From positions 4,828 through 68,827 of the forward strand of contig CAIYQO010000273.1 in assembly GCA_903928345.1 (NCBI GenBank): DNA of 64,000 bases, given 5' to 3'. Below, piece by piece: positions 19,277 to 28,132 of this stretch. This stretch comes from an uncultured bacterium (GTDB lineage: Bacteria; Armatimonadota; Hebobacteria; CAIYQO01). Below the pieces are notes generated by a model, which was given only the letters and a program-made list of their open reading frames with translations, did not search any database and was not told where the DNA came from. Numbering within the stretch: position 1 is the stretch's first letter; every line of letters begins with the position of its first letter. The translations under genes and the position numbers were made by a program.

Positions 19277-20242
19277 ATGGAACACTTGCGCATACTCACC
19301 GGCACCGCCAACCCGCAGTTGGCGCGCGACATCGCCGCACACCTGGGCGTACACGTCACCGATACGCTGGTAACACGTTTCAGCGACGGAGAAATCCGCG
19401 TGCAGGTGCAGGAGAGCGTACGCGGGATGGATGTCTTCCTCATCCAGCCCACCTGTCCACCGGCGAGCGAAAACATCATCGAGCTGCTCATCATCCTCGA
19501 TGCCCTGAAGCGCGCCTCACCGCAACGCATCACCGCGGTGATCCCCTACTATGGCTACGCGCGGCAGGAGAAGAAGACGAAGCCGCGTGAGCCGATCGCC
19601 GCGCGCCTGATGGCCGACCTCATCACCACCGCGGGCGCCAACCGCCTCTTCCTCGTCGACCTGCACGTGCAGACGATCCAGGGCTTCTTCAACCTGCCCG
19701 TGGATCACGTGCCCGCCGGGCCGCTGCTGGGCGAGTATTTTCGCGCGCGCGGCTTTGCCGACGGCAACACCGTGGTAGTCTCGCCGGACGTAGGCGGCGT
19801 GGGCCGCGCCACTTCGTTGGGCGACCGCCTGGGTGCCACGCTGGCGATCATCGCCAAGCGCCGCCCCGAGCCGAACGAGTGCGAGGTGATCGACGTCATC
19901 GGTGACGTGGAAGGCAAACGCGTGGTGATCGTGGACGACATCGTCGACACCGCCGGCTCGCTGTGTTCCGGTGCGCAGGCACTCATGGCGCGCGGCGCGC
20001 GGGAGATCTACGCCTGCGCCAGCCACGGCGTCCTTTCCGGGCCCGCTATCGAACGCCTGGAGCAGTCGCCGATTATCAAGCTCGTCATCACGGACACCAT
20101 TCCCCTGCCCCCCGAACAGCGCATCCCGAAGATCGAGGTGCTCTCCGTCGCCCCGATGCTCGCGGAAGGCATCCGCCGCATTCACGGCGACCTGTCCCTT
20201 TCCACGATCTTCGACCGCTTCTGGGTGCAGGACACACGGTAA
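19277..20242 (+). CDS. prs: ribose-phosphate pyrophosphokinase
   Basis: FSDGE, PYYGYARQ, DLH..IQGFF, VSPDVGG, VDDIVDTAGSL. Confidence 0.97.
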   Translation: MEHLRILTGTANPQLARDIAAHLGVHVTDTLVTRFSDGEIRVQVQESVRGMDVFLIQPTCPPASENIIELLIILDALKRASPQRITAVIPYYGYARQEKKTKPREPIAARLMADLITTAGANRLFLVDLHVQTIQGFFNLPVDHVPAGPLLGEYFRARGFADGNTVVVSPDVGGVGRATSLGDRLGATLAIIAKRRPEPNECEVIDVIGDVEGKRVVIVDDIVDTAGSLCSGAQALMARGAREIYACASHGVLSGPAIERLEQSPIIKLVITDTIPLPPEQRIPKIEVLSVAPMLAEGIRRIHGDLSLSTIFDRFWVQDTR

Positions 20243-20407
20243 CACTATATTGGATTTTTGATTGCGGATTGGGCGGGAACCCCGCGGGCGGGTGTATAAA
20301 ACCCCTCACTTGGGGTATAATAGAGCGACATTCTGACATTTTACCCGACTACCATCCAAAAGCGAAATTCCACATCCACATTCTTTTTTGCGGAGGCGCG
20401 TACTCTT

Positions 20408-20887
20408 ATGCGATCATGGACCACGTTTTTGGTCTTTGCCGGCATTATCGTGGCATTAGTGCTGCTGTTTGCGGTGAACCGCATCTCCAACACGCGGCAT
20501 CCGGTCACGATAGCTTCCATGGACTTCCTCGATGCCGTGACAAGCAGCCAGTTGAGCAAGGTCACCGCGTTACTGGATCCGAAGTCGGCCAGCACAACCA
20601 CCGCCGGGCCGGAGCTGGCCAGCGTGCGCTTTAAAGAGTGCACCGTCGGCGACACCGGAGCTTTCGGGCACCTGCCGGCGATCATCTGGTCGACGATGGA
20701 GATCAAGTCCCTCGTCATCGACGAGACCCGCACGCCGACCGTCACCGACGACGGCACCAGCAGCGGCGCCGGCCTGGCCACCGTGCTGTGCAAAAACGGC
20801 TCGAAGATCCTGCTGCGCCGCACCAGCGGAGACGCCCCCTGGCGCATCTTCTACCTGGCGAAGCCCGACGATAAGGATAAGCCGTGA
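20408..20887 (+). CDS. hypothetical membrane-anchored protein
   Basis: N-terminal hydrophobic helix, SD ggagg, TATAAT at about 20316; GTGA overlap with thiL. Confidence 0.7.
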   Translation: MRSWTTFLVFAGIIVALVLLFAVNRISNTRHPVTIASMDFLDAVTSSQLSKVTALLDPKSASTTTAGPELASVRFKECTVGDTGAFGHLPAIIWSTMEIKSLVIDETRTPTVTDDGTSSGAGLATVLCKNGSKILLRRTSGDAPWRIFYLAKPDDKDKP

Positions 20888-21855
20888 GCCTCCCGGCGTC
20901 GCCCGGAGAAGACGCCCTCATCGCCGCACTGGCCGGTTGCCTGCCGCCCGCGCGCCACACCCGCATCCCGCTGGGTGATGACGCCGCGGGCGTGGCCTTG
21001 CCGGGCGGCGACTTGCTGCTCATCACCACCGACATGCTGGCGGAGGACGTGCACTTCCGCCTGAGCTGGCACGATCTGCCCGCGCTGGGCTGGAAGGCGC
21101 TGGCGCAAAACCTCTCCGACATCGCCGCCATGGGCGGCACCCCCACCCACGCCGTCGTCGCCCTCGGCCTCCCCCCCCGCATCACCCCCGCCGACGTGAA
21201 GGCGCTCTACCGCGGCATGGCCCCACTGGCGGAAGCGAGTGGGGTGGATATCGTGGGGGGAGACACCAACCGCGCCGCCATCCTGGTCATCACCCTCACC
21301 GTGCTCGGACGCGTGCCGGAAGCCGACGTGCTCACCCGCGGCGGGGGACGCCCCGGCGACGCGCTCTTCGTCACCGGCACACTGGGCCGCGCCGCCGCCG
21401 GGCTGCGCGTGTTGGACGCAGGCCGCCCGATTCCCTCCGCATTGCAACCCGCCGTGGACGCACAACTGCGCCCGCAGCCACGGCTGGCCGCCGGGCGCGC
21501 GTTGGGCGCGAGCCACCTGGCCCACGCGCTGATGGACCTCAGCGACGGCCTGGCCACCGACCTGCACCGCCTCTGCCGCGCGAGCGGCACCGGCGCCGTG
21601 GTGACAGCGCGTGCCGTGCCGGTGGACCCCGTGGTGGCCGCCACGTGTGCCTGGCTCGGTGACGGCGACCCGTTGACGCTGGCCCTCACCGGCGGCGAAG
21701 ACTTCGAACTCCTCCTCGCCGCCCCGCCCGACCACGAACCCGCCCTGCGCGCCGCCGTCGCTCCCCTGCCCCTCACCCGCGTCGGCACGCTGACCGCGGC
21801 ACCGGACGTGCGCCTCGACGACGCGCCGCTGCCGTGGGGCTTTACGCACTTCTGA
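20884..21855 (+). CDS. thiL: thiamine-phosphate kinase
   Basis: GDDAA, TDML.EDVHF, NLSDIAAMGG, GGDT, MDLSDGL, GGEDFELL, GFTHF. Confidence 0.95.
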   Translation: MSLPASPGEDALIAALAGCLPPARHTRIPLGDDAAGVALPGGDLLLITTDMLAEDVHFRLSWHDLPALGWKALAQNLSDIAAMGGTPTHAVVALGLPPRITPADVKALYRGMAPLAEASGVDIVGGDTNRAAILVITLTVLGRVPEADVLTRGGGRPGDALFVTGTLGRAAAGLRVLDAGRPIPSALQPAVDAQLRPQPRLAAGRALGASHLAHALMDLSDGLATDLHRLCRASGTGAVVTARAVPVDPVVAATCAWLGDGDPLTLALTGGEDFELLLAAPPDHEPALRAAVAPLPLTRVGTLTAAPDVRLDDAPLPWGFTHF

Positions 21856-21952
21856 ATGAAAAGTGAGAAAGTGCTAAATGCAAAGTGCAAAACAGGTAAC
21901 CAACCGGCTCCCCATTTTGCACTTTCCATTTCGCATTATTCATTTTTCATTC
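21854..21952. repeat. degenerate heptamer inverted repeat, family D
   Basis: gaatgaaaagtg..aaatgcaaagtgcaaaa / ttttgcacttt..ttttcattc between convergent genes. Confidence 0.75.
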
Positions 21953-21960
21953 CCCCCGCC

Positions 21961-23076
21961 TCACCCCTTCTTCTCCGTCCCGGCGGTGACCGGGGGCACG
22001 TAGGTGACGGGGGGCTTCATATGGTCGCCGGAGGCGACGGACTCGCGGGAGGGGAAGGGGTCCCAGCCGCTCAGGCGCGCGGCGCGCTCGCACCACGGGC
22101 AGGCGCCCATGCCGGTGCGGTAGTAATGCTGCGCGTTCACTTTGCACTGCACCAGGCTGTTTTCCGCCACGTCCAGCGCCTGCTTCCACGCGGTGGCGTT
22201 GGGACGGCCGGCGGGGCGGCTGAACCCGACCTCGAAGCACTGGCGCATCAGCGCGCGGATATCCGGGTGGAGCAGCCCGATGGGCGGCGCCAACGGCATC
22301 GGCTCGTAGGGGCCGCGGCGCAACACGCTGTAGGGGAAATGCCCGTCGGCAATGCGCTGGCCCAGCGGCTCGGGTTCGTCGCCTTCGAGCAGCCGCCCGG
22401 AGAAGGGGTGGATGCCTTCCATTTCCAGCATGAAGATGAGCACCGCCAGCCCGAACGCGTCGTGCTCCGGCTTGCGGTCCACGTCGCGGAAGTGTACTTC
22501 CTGCAGCTCCGGCGGGGTGAATTCCGGCTTGCCCACCGGGCAGCGGAACAGACGCTCGTCGGTCGGCACCTGGAAGGAGTCGGTGTCGACCAGTGTGACC
22601 AGCGCCGTCTCACTCACCAGAATATTCGACTCGTTCACGTCGCCGATCACGTAGCCGCGCGCGTGGAGGGCGGCGCAGGCCGCGGCCAGATTGCGCGCGG
22701 TGCGCACCAGATAGCGGTAGTGGAAGAGCGGGCTGAGCTGGCGGCGCGTCTTCGGGTTGTAGAAGTGGAAGATGGGCCACATGTTTTGCACGCGCGGCAT
22801 CAGATAGCCCACGAAGAAGGGGTCGTTGCCCGGGGTGACCAGGCGCTCCAGCGGCCATGCGATGGACGGGTGGCCCCACGCGCGCATCGGATCGTCCGGC
22901 GGGCGGGCGATCATCGTCCCTACTTTGAAGGCCAGCTCGCCGGTGGGGGCGTGGTAGAGCTTCGCGAGATACTTATCGGTATTCGCGAGGGCGTACAGGT
23001 GCGCTTCACCGCCGCTCGCGATAGGGGGCTCGACCAGCGTAACGAGATGTCCGGAGTTTTCCAGCTTTACTTGCAT
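21961..23076 (-). CDS. YegI-like Ser/Thr protein kinase of a TerY triad
   Basis: SGGEA.LY, AKLYH, GDVNESNILV, DTDSF, VGKPEFTPPE, C-terminal C..N..HYY..CPWC. Confidence 0.88.
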   Translation of the reverse strand: MQVKLENSGHLVTLVEPPIASGGEAHLYALANTDKYLAKLYHAPTGELAFKVGTMIARPPDDPMRAWGHPSIAWPLERLVTPGNDPFFVGYLMPRVQNMWPIFHFYNPKTRRQLSPLFHYRYLVRTARNLAAACAALHARGYVIGDVNESNILVSETALVTLVDTDSFQVPTDERLFRCPVGKPEFTPPELQEVHFRDVDRKPEHDAFGLAVLIFMLEMEGIHPFSGRLLEGDEPEPLGQRIADGHFPYSVLRRGPYEPMPLAPPIGLLHPDIRALMRQCFEVGFSRPAGRPNATAWKQALDVAENSLVQCKVNAQHYYRTGMGACPWCERAARLSGWDPFPSRESVASGDHMKPPVTYVPPVTAGTEKKG

Positions 23077-23083
23077 GATGGTA

Positions 23084-23881
23084 TCAGGGGTGTGGCAGGG
23101 TGCCGATAACCAGGGTCAGATCGTCATCCGCGCGCGAGGTGATGCGATCGCTTTGCATGAAGTCGCGGAGCTGCTTTTCCGCGGTGCGCGCGTCGAGGGA
23201 TTCGGCGCCCAGGCGGAAGAGCGGGGTAAAGAAGGCCGCGTGCGGCGCATTGTCCGGCAGTTTCAGCGCGAGATGCTGCAGCCCGTCGGAGAGGGCGGCC
23301 ACGCCGGCGACGTCGCCGTGCCACACGCTGAACTGGGCGGACTTGAGGTAGTTATCCGAGGTGCAGAAGATCGTCTCGTTGACGTATTCACCGCGCACCG
23401 GGGAGGTCAGGGCGTACATCGACCCGTCGCGCTGCAACACGACGGCGCCGCCATCGCCTACCTGCGCGGCGGCGACGAGTTCCGCCGTGGCGACGAGGAC
23501 GATGAGGGTGGAAGCCAATTCGCGGGGCGGCGCCTTGCGCTTCTTCGCCGCGGTTTTGACGGCGTCGTGGGCGGTTTCCAACGTGGCAAGCAGCAAGCCG
23601 TGCCACTCGTCGTCGTTCTTCGGCCACGTGCCTTTCATCAGCTCGCTCACCCACTCGGTGGCGGCGACGGCCGCGCGTGCGGCACCGAGCTGCGACAGCG
23701 ACGCGGAACCCGCTCCGTCGGCCACGGCCAGCACCACCGCCCCACCGGGAATATCGCGCCACACGTGGGCGTCCTGGCAGGGCAGGTCGGCTTTGATATG
23801 ACTCACCCCGCGCACGGATGCGCCGACGACGCGCCAGGCGCCCGCGGGTTGCGAGGTCTCCACCGCGGAGGGCATCGACAT
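23084..23881 (-). CDS. PP2C-family phosphatase (YegK-like)
   Basis: ASVRGVSH, CQDA, VADGAGSA, QVGDG, GEYVNET.F, SDGL, DDLTL. Confidence 0.9.
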   Translation of the reverse strand: MSMPSAVETSQPAGAWRVVGASVRGVSHIKADLPCQDAHVWRDIPGGAVVLAVADGAGSASLSQLGAARAAVAATEWVSELMKGTWPKNDDEWHGLLLATLETAHDAVKTAAKKRKAPPRELASTLIVLVATAELVAAAQVGDGGAVVLQRDGSMYALTSPVRGEYVNETIFCTSDNYLKSAQFSVWHGDVAGVAALSDGLQHLALKLPDNAPHAAFFTPLFRLGAESLDARTAEKQLRDFMQSDRITSRADDDLTLVIGTLPHP

Positions 23882-24540
23882 TAGAACGGGCCTCCGGCTG
23901 GCGGCAACGGCACTTGCGAGTGCGCGATCTGTTGCGTACTACGCGACAGCCAGACGAAGAGTTCGACGAAGTTCAGCCCATCCAGGCTCACCGGCGGACG
24001 GATGGCGATCTCGCGCAACTTGTCGATGTAGGCGCCCTTCACCGCGACGGCGAAGAAGACCACGCGCTTCTGCGTCTCATCCTCGCGCAGGCGGCGCACC
24101 GCTTCTTCAATCGCGCCTTCCGGCTCCCCTTTCGGTTTGCCGTCGGTAATCATGAAGACCCACGGGCGGTAGTAGGGCACGCCGTGCGCCTTGTAGGCGG
24201 CTTTGCGCGCTTCGAGCAGATCGAGGGCTTTCAGGATGCCGGTGCCCATGGGGGTGAGCCCACCCGCTTCCAGGATCGGCGGGGTGAAGGCGTCCACGGA
24301 CATGAAATCGTGCACCACGCGCACGTCTTTGCCGAAGGAAATCACCGCCACTTCCACGCGGCGGGCAGCCAGTGCGTCGCGCACCAGGTTGTCGTGGAAG
24401 ACCTGTAACCCCTGGTTAAGCTGCTGAATCGCTTCACCACGCATCGATTTGGACGTGTCCAGTAACAGGACACACGGGCAGCGTGGTTCGGGATTTTCTG
24501 CAAATTCGATGGCATCTTCAAAACGAAAGATCCCGGCCAT
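23881..24540 (-). CDS. TerY/YegL-like vWA domain protein
   Basis: ENPEPRCPCVLLLDTSKSM (MIDAS DxSxS), GLTPMG, YYRPWVFMITDG, FVWLS.S; TAATG coupling to the phosphatase. Confidence 0.92.
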   Translation of the reverse strand: MAGIFRFEDAIEFAENPEPRCPCVLLLDTSKSMRGEAIQQLNQGLQVFHDNLVRDALAARRVEVAVISFGKDVRVVHDFMSVDAFTPPILEAGGLTPMGTGILKALDLLEARKAAYKAHGVPYYRPWVFMITDGKPKGEPEGAIEEAVRRLREDETQKRVVFFAVAVKGAYIDKLREIAIRPPVSLDGLNFVELFVWLSRSTQQIAHSQVPLPPAGGPF

Positions 24541-24643
24541 GATTCCTCCCTTACTCCGGTGGACACAAAGATGAAGCGTGTTTCGCTAGTTTGTTTCGAC
24601 CATGCGACGCGCCGTTCCTCTTTTCACACAAAAATACCTGCCG

Positions 24644-26056
24644 TTAATCTTGTGCGGGCAATACGGGACGCGTGGCAATCGGCGCGTTCGGTCGCATGGC
24701 GCTGGTCACCGCGCCCACCGCGACGAAGCCCGCGCCCGTAAAGAGCGCCGCCTGCACCCCCGTCACGGAGGTCACCGCCACCCCGGCGCCATGGCTCGCC
24801 GCCACCGCCCCGGCGATGGCCGTACCCAGCGACATGCCCAGGTTGCGCATGGTCGCCACCACCCCGCCGCCCACGCCCAGGTGCGCGCGCGGCACGCTGC
24901 CCATGATCGCGCTGGTATTCGGCGACTGAAAGATGCCCGTGCCGGCGCCCATCACCAGCAACGCCGCCACCAGCAGCGGCAACTGGTGCAACGGGGCCGC
25001 GATCGCAAGGCCCGCCAGCCCGCACGCCATGATGGCCGCGCCGATCACCGCCGGCAAACGCGAGCCCACGCGGTCGGAGAGCGCGCCGCTCAGCGGAGCC
25101 AGCACCACCACCGTCGCCGGCAAAGCCGCCATCACCAGGCCGGTCTGCATCTCCTTATACCCAAAAGTACCGACCAATAACTGCGGCAGCAAAAAGAGGG
25201 CACACGTCTGTCCAAGGTAGTTCAGCAGCGCCGCCAGGTTGGCCCCCGCGAAGACCGGGTTGCGGAAGAGGGTGAGGTCGAGCATCGGTTCCGGGTGGCG
25301 CCGCTCGTGCCACAGGAAAGCGGCCATCCCCAGCACGCCGACCGCCAGCAGCCCCGCCACGCGCGGGGCGCCGAACCCGCCCCAGTCGTGCACGTGGGTG
25401 ATGCCCAGCAGCAGCGCCGTGAGGCCCACCAGCGCCAGCAGGGCGCCCGGCAGGTCCAACCGATGACGTACGGAGGGCTGCAGCCGCGGCAGGATACTCA
25501 TGCAGAAGAGCGCACCGAGCAGGCCGATGGGCAGGTTGACGAAGAAGATCCAGCGCCAGCCGATGCTGGTGGCGATCACCCCGCCCAGCGTGGGCCCGGC
25601 GATGAGCCCGAGGGCGATGGCGGTGCCGTTGAGCCCCAGCGCCCGCCCGCGCTCGTGGGCGGGAAAGACGGCGGTGATGATGCCCGGACTCAGCGCCATG
25701 ATGAGGGAGGCGCCGATCCCCTGGAAGGCGCGCGCCGCGATGAGCCACCCCAGCGACGAGGCGAAGCCGCACAGCAGCGAGGCGGCGGTGAAGAGCGCGG
25801 TGCCGACGAGGAAGAGGCGCTTGAAGCCCCACACATCGCCCAGGCGACCCATGGGCAGCAACAGCACCACGATGGCCACGTTGTAGGCCAACGCCACCCA
25901 CGACACCGCGCCGATGCCCACGTGGAACTGCCCGCGGATGATGGGCATGATGATATTGACGATGCTGGCGTCCAGCGGCGTCATGATCGTTACCGACAGC
26001 ACGGCCACCAGAATCCACCACCGCCGCGGATTGACGATCGACGCGGGTAGAGACAT
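24644..26056 (-). CDS. MFS efflux transporter (DHA2/EmrB-like)
   Basis: LDASIVNI, GRLGDVWG, ARAFQG.G, GPTLGG, WRWIFFVNLPIG; many TM helices. Confidence 0.92.
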   Translation of the reverse strand: MSLPASIVNPRRWWILVAVLSVTIMTPLDASIVNIIMPIIRGQFHVGIGAVSWVALAYNVAIVVLLLPMGRLGDVWGFKRLFLVGTALFTAASLLCGFASSLGWLIAARAFQGIGASLIMALSPGIITAVFPAHERGRALGLNGTAIALGLIAGPTLGGVIATSIGWRWIFFVNLPIGLLGALFCMSILPRLQPSVRHRLDLPGALLALVGLTALLLGITHVHDWGGFGAPRVAGLLAVGVLGMAAFLWHERRHPEPMLDLTLFRNPVFAGANLAALLNYLGQTCALFLLPQLLVGTFGYKEMQTGLVMAALPATVVVLAPLSGALSDRVGSRLPAVIGAAIMACGLAGLAIAAPLHQLPLLVAALLVMGAGTGIFQSPNTSAIMGSVPRAHLGVGGGVVATMRNLGMSLGTAIAGAVAASHGAGVAVTSVTGVQAALFTGAGFVAVGAVTSAMRPNAPIATRPVLPAQD

Positions 26057-26125
26057 CGCTCGCCAGTATACCACAATAATGGTCGCAATTGCGACGGCGC
26101 CGCGGGTACCTGGTTCCATGACCGT

Positions 26126-26280
26126 TGCCTGTCATCGCCCCCCACCCCGGCCCTCCCCCCGTAACGTCCTGTGACGGGGGAGGGGGAATGAACATCAAAC
26201 AGCCTGCCGATTATCAGCTCCCTTCCCCCGTCACAGGACGTTACGGGGGAAGGGTTGGGGATAGGGGACGACGACAGGCA
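26126..26280. repeat. REP doublet family A copy 2
   Basis: same 35-nt core, inverted arms tgcctgtc..gacaggca. Confidence 0.9.
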
Positions 26281-26356
26281 GGCGCAATGCGGAATCGTTT
26301 CTTCTCGTTCCCTCCTCCCGCAGGGAATAGCCTCCGCAAGGCGAATTACCTACCCC

Positions 26357-26890
26357 ATGCGCGTGTGCCGGGTATGTCAGGCGGTGAACGGGGATTCGGA
26401 AGTGCGGTGCCGGGAGTGCGGGACGGCTATCGCGGGGCAGGTGTGCCTGCCGCCGCGGATGCCGGTGCCGCGTGCCGTGCCCGACGTGCTGGCGCGCCGC
26501 AACCGCAACTACCTGCTGCTGCTCATCCTCGCGCCGTTGCTGGCGGTGCTCATGTACGCCTTCTGGGACACCTTCCTGCTGCGCACCTACCACGAGGTGG
26601 ACGACGCGCGCCGGCAGGCGCAGGCCGCCAACCTGGCGCACATTCAAAACGCGCTGGCGCACTGCCGGGCGGACACCGGCGGCGTGCCCGTGCACCTGGA
26701 AGGCCTGCGCCAATTCGTCGCCGCGCCGGCCGACCTGTCGCCGGGTGCCAACCCCGCCCACTGGCGCGGTCCCTACCTGCCCACCACCGAACCCTTCCCC
26801 GACAACCCCTACCACCCCGCCACCGGCGCCGACGGCTGGCACTACGTGGTGGATAAGGACGACGGCATCGTGAATCCGGTGCCGCGGTGA
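26357..26890 (+). CDS. zinc-ribbon + TM + GspG-like (pseudopilin C-domain) protein
   Basis: CRVC-x10-CREC, TM YLLLLILAPLLAVLMYAFW, NL..IQNAL....DTG..P, WRGPYL..PDNPY. Confidence 0.65.
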   Translation: MRVCRVCQAVNGDSEVRCRECGTAIAGQVCLPPRMPVPRAVPDVLARRNRNYLLLLILAPLLAVLMYAFWDTFLLRTYHEVDDARRQAQAANLAHIQNALAHCRADTGGVPVHLEGLRQFVAAPADLSPGANPAHWRGPYLPTTEPFPDNPYHPATGADGWHYVVDKDDGIVNPVPR

Positions 26891-27010
26891 GGGTGCGGGG
26901 GCATTATTTTACTGAATAACCGTTAACCCCTGCCCCACCACGGCGGTAAAGCTATTGACAGACGCCGCCTGTCGGCACAAGATAACGAGACTTTGCGTGG
27001 AGGTAACTCG

Positions 27011-28015
27011 ATGTCCCTGGGTCATATCAAGGATCAACTGGCCAAAGGCACCTGGCTGACGTACCGGCCCGAGATCAAGATCATGGACTGCACCGTCCGT
27101 GACGGCGGGCTGATCAATAACCATCAATTCGACGACGGTTTCGTGCGGGCCGTGTATCAGGCGTGCGTGGCCTCCGGCATCGACGCCATGGAGATGGGGT
27201 ACAAAACCGACCACAAGATCGTGGCGCCGGGCACGGCGGGCGTGTGGAAGTTCTGCGACGAGGACGACCTGCGCCGCATCGTGGACGACAACCCGACGGA
27301 GCTGAAACTCTCCATCATGGCCGATGCCGAGCGCACCGACTACCACACGGATATCCTGCCCAAGGAGCAGAGCGTCATCGACATCGTGCGCGTGGCGACG
27401 TACATCCACCAGATTCCCACCGCGCTGGACATGATCAAGGACGCCGCCGACAAGGGCTACCGCGTGTGCGCCAACCTGATGGCGATCTCCGTCATCCAGG
27501 AGCGCGAGCTGGAGGAAGCCATCGGCATCCTCGCCGACAGCCCCATCTGCGGCCTGTACATCGTGGACAGCTTCGGCGCGTACTACTCCGAGCAGATCCG
27601 CGACATCACCTTCATGTTCCTCAAAGCGGTGGAAGGCAAGGGCATCGAGGTGGGCATCCACGCGCACAACAACCAGATGCTCGCCTACGCCAACACGCTG
27701 GAGGCGCTCATCATCGGCGCCAACCGCCTCGATGCCACCTTCAACGGCATGGGCCGCGGCGCCGGCAACTGCCCGCTGGAGCTGCTGCTCGGTTTCCTGA
27801 AAAACCCCAAGTACCAGTTGCGCCCGGTGTTGGAGTGCATCCAGGAGCATTTCGTCCCGCTGGAAAAATCCGGCAGCATGGAGTGGGGCTACAAGATTCC
27901 CTACATGATCACCGGCCAATTCAACCAGCACCCCCGCTCCGCCATCAAAATGCGCGAAGGCGCCGCACCGGACGACTACGTGGGCTTTTACGATCAGATG
28001 ATCGAGGTGGAATAG
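27011..28015 (+). CDS. DRE-TIM (HMGL-like) aldolase/carboxyltransferase-domain protein
   Basis: DCTVRDGG, VDSFG, HAHNN, GMGRGAGNCPLE; SD ggagg; TTGACA at 26955. Confidence 0.88.
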   Translation: MSLGHIKDQLAKGTWLTYRPEIKIMDCTVRDGGLINNHQFDDGFVRAVYQACVASGIDAMEMGYKTDHKIVAPGTAGVWKFCDEDDLRRIVDDNPTELKLSIMADAERTDYHTDILPKEQSVIDIVRVATYIHQIPTALDMIKDAADKGYRVCANLMAISVIQERELEEAIGILADSPICGLYIVDSFGAYYSEQIRDITFMFLKAVEGKGIEVGIHAHNNQMLAYANTLEALIIGANRLDATFNGMGRGAGNCPLELLLGFLKNPKYQLRPVLECIQEHFVPLEKSGSMEWGYKIPYMITGQFNQHPRSAIKMREGAAPDDYVGFYDQMIEVE

Positions 28016-28018
28016 GCC

Positions 28019-28051
28019 GATTGCGGAATGCGGATTGCGGATTGCGGATTG
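28019..28051. repeat. GATTGCG heptamer tract, family C
   Basis: gattgcggaatgcggattgcggattgcggattg immediately after the stop codon. Confidence 0.85.
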
Positions 28052-28080
28052 ACCAGGATCGGTCGGTTTGACAGTTAGCG

Positions 28081-28118
28081 TAGCGCGGGCGCGTAATGCA
28101 GATTACGCGCCCGCGCTA
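28081..28118. repeat. 17-bp perfect palindrome (REP-like or bidirectional terminator)
   Basis: tagcgcgggcgcgtaat-gcag-attacgcgcccgcgcta between convergent genes. Confidence 0.75.
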
Positions 28119-28132
28119 TGTTTGGTATGTGC

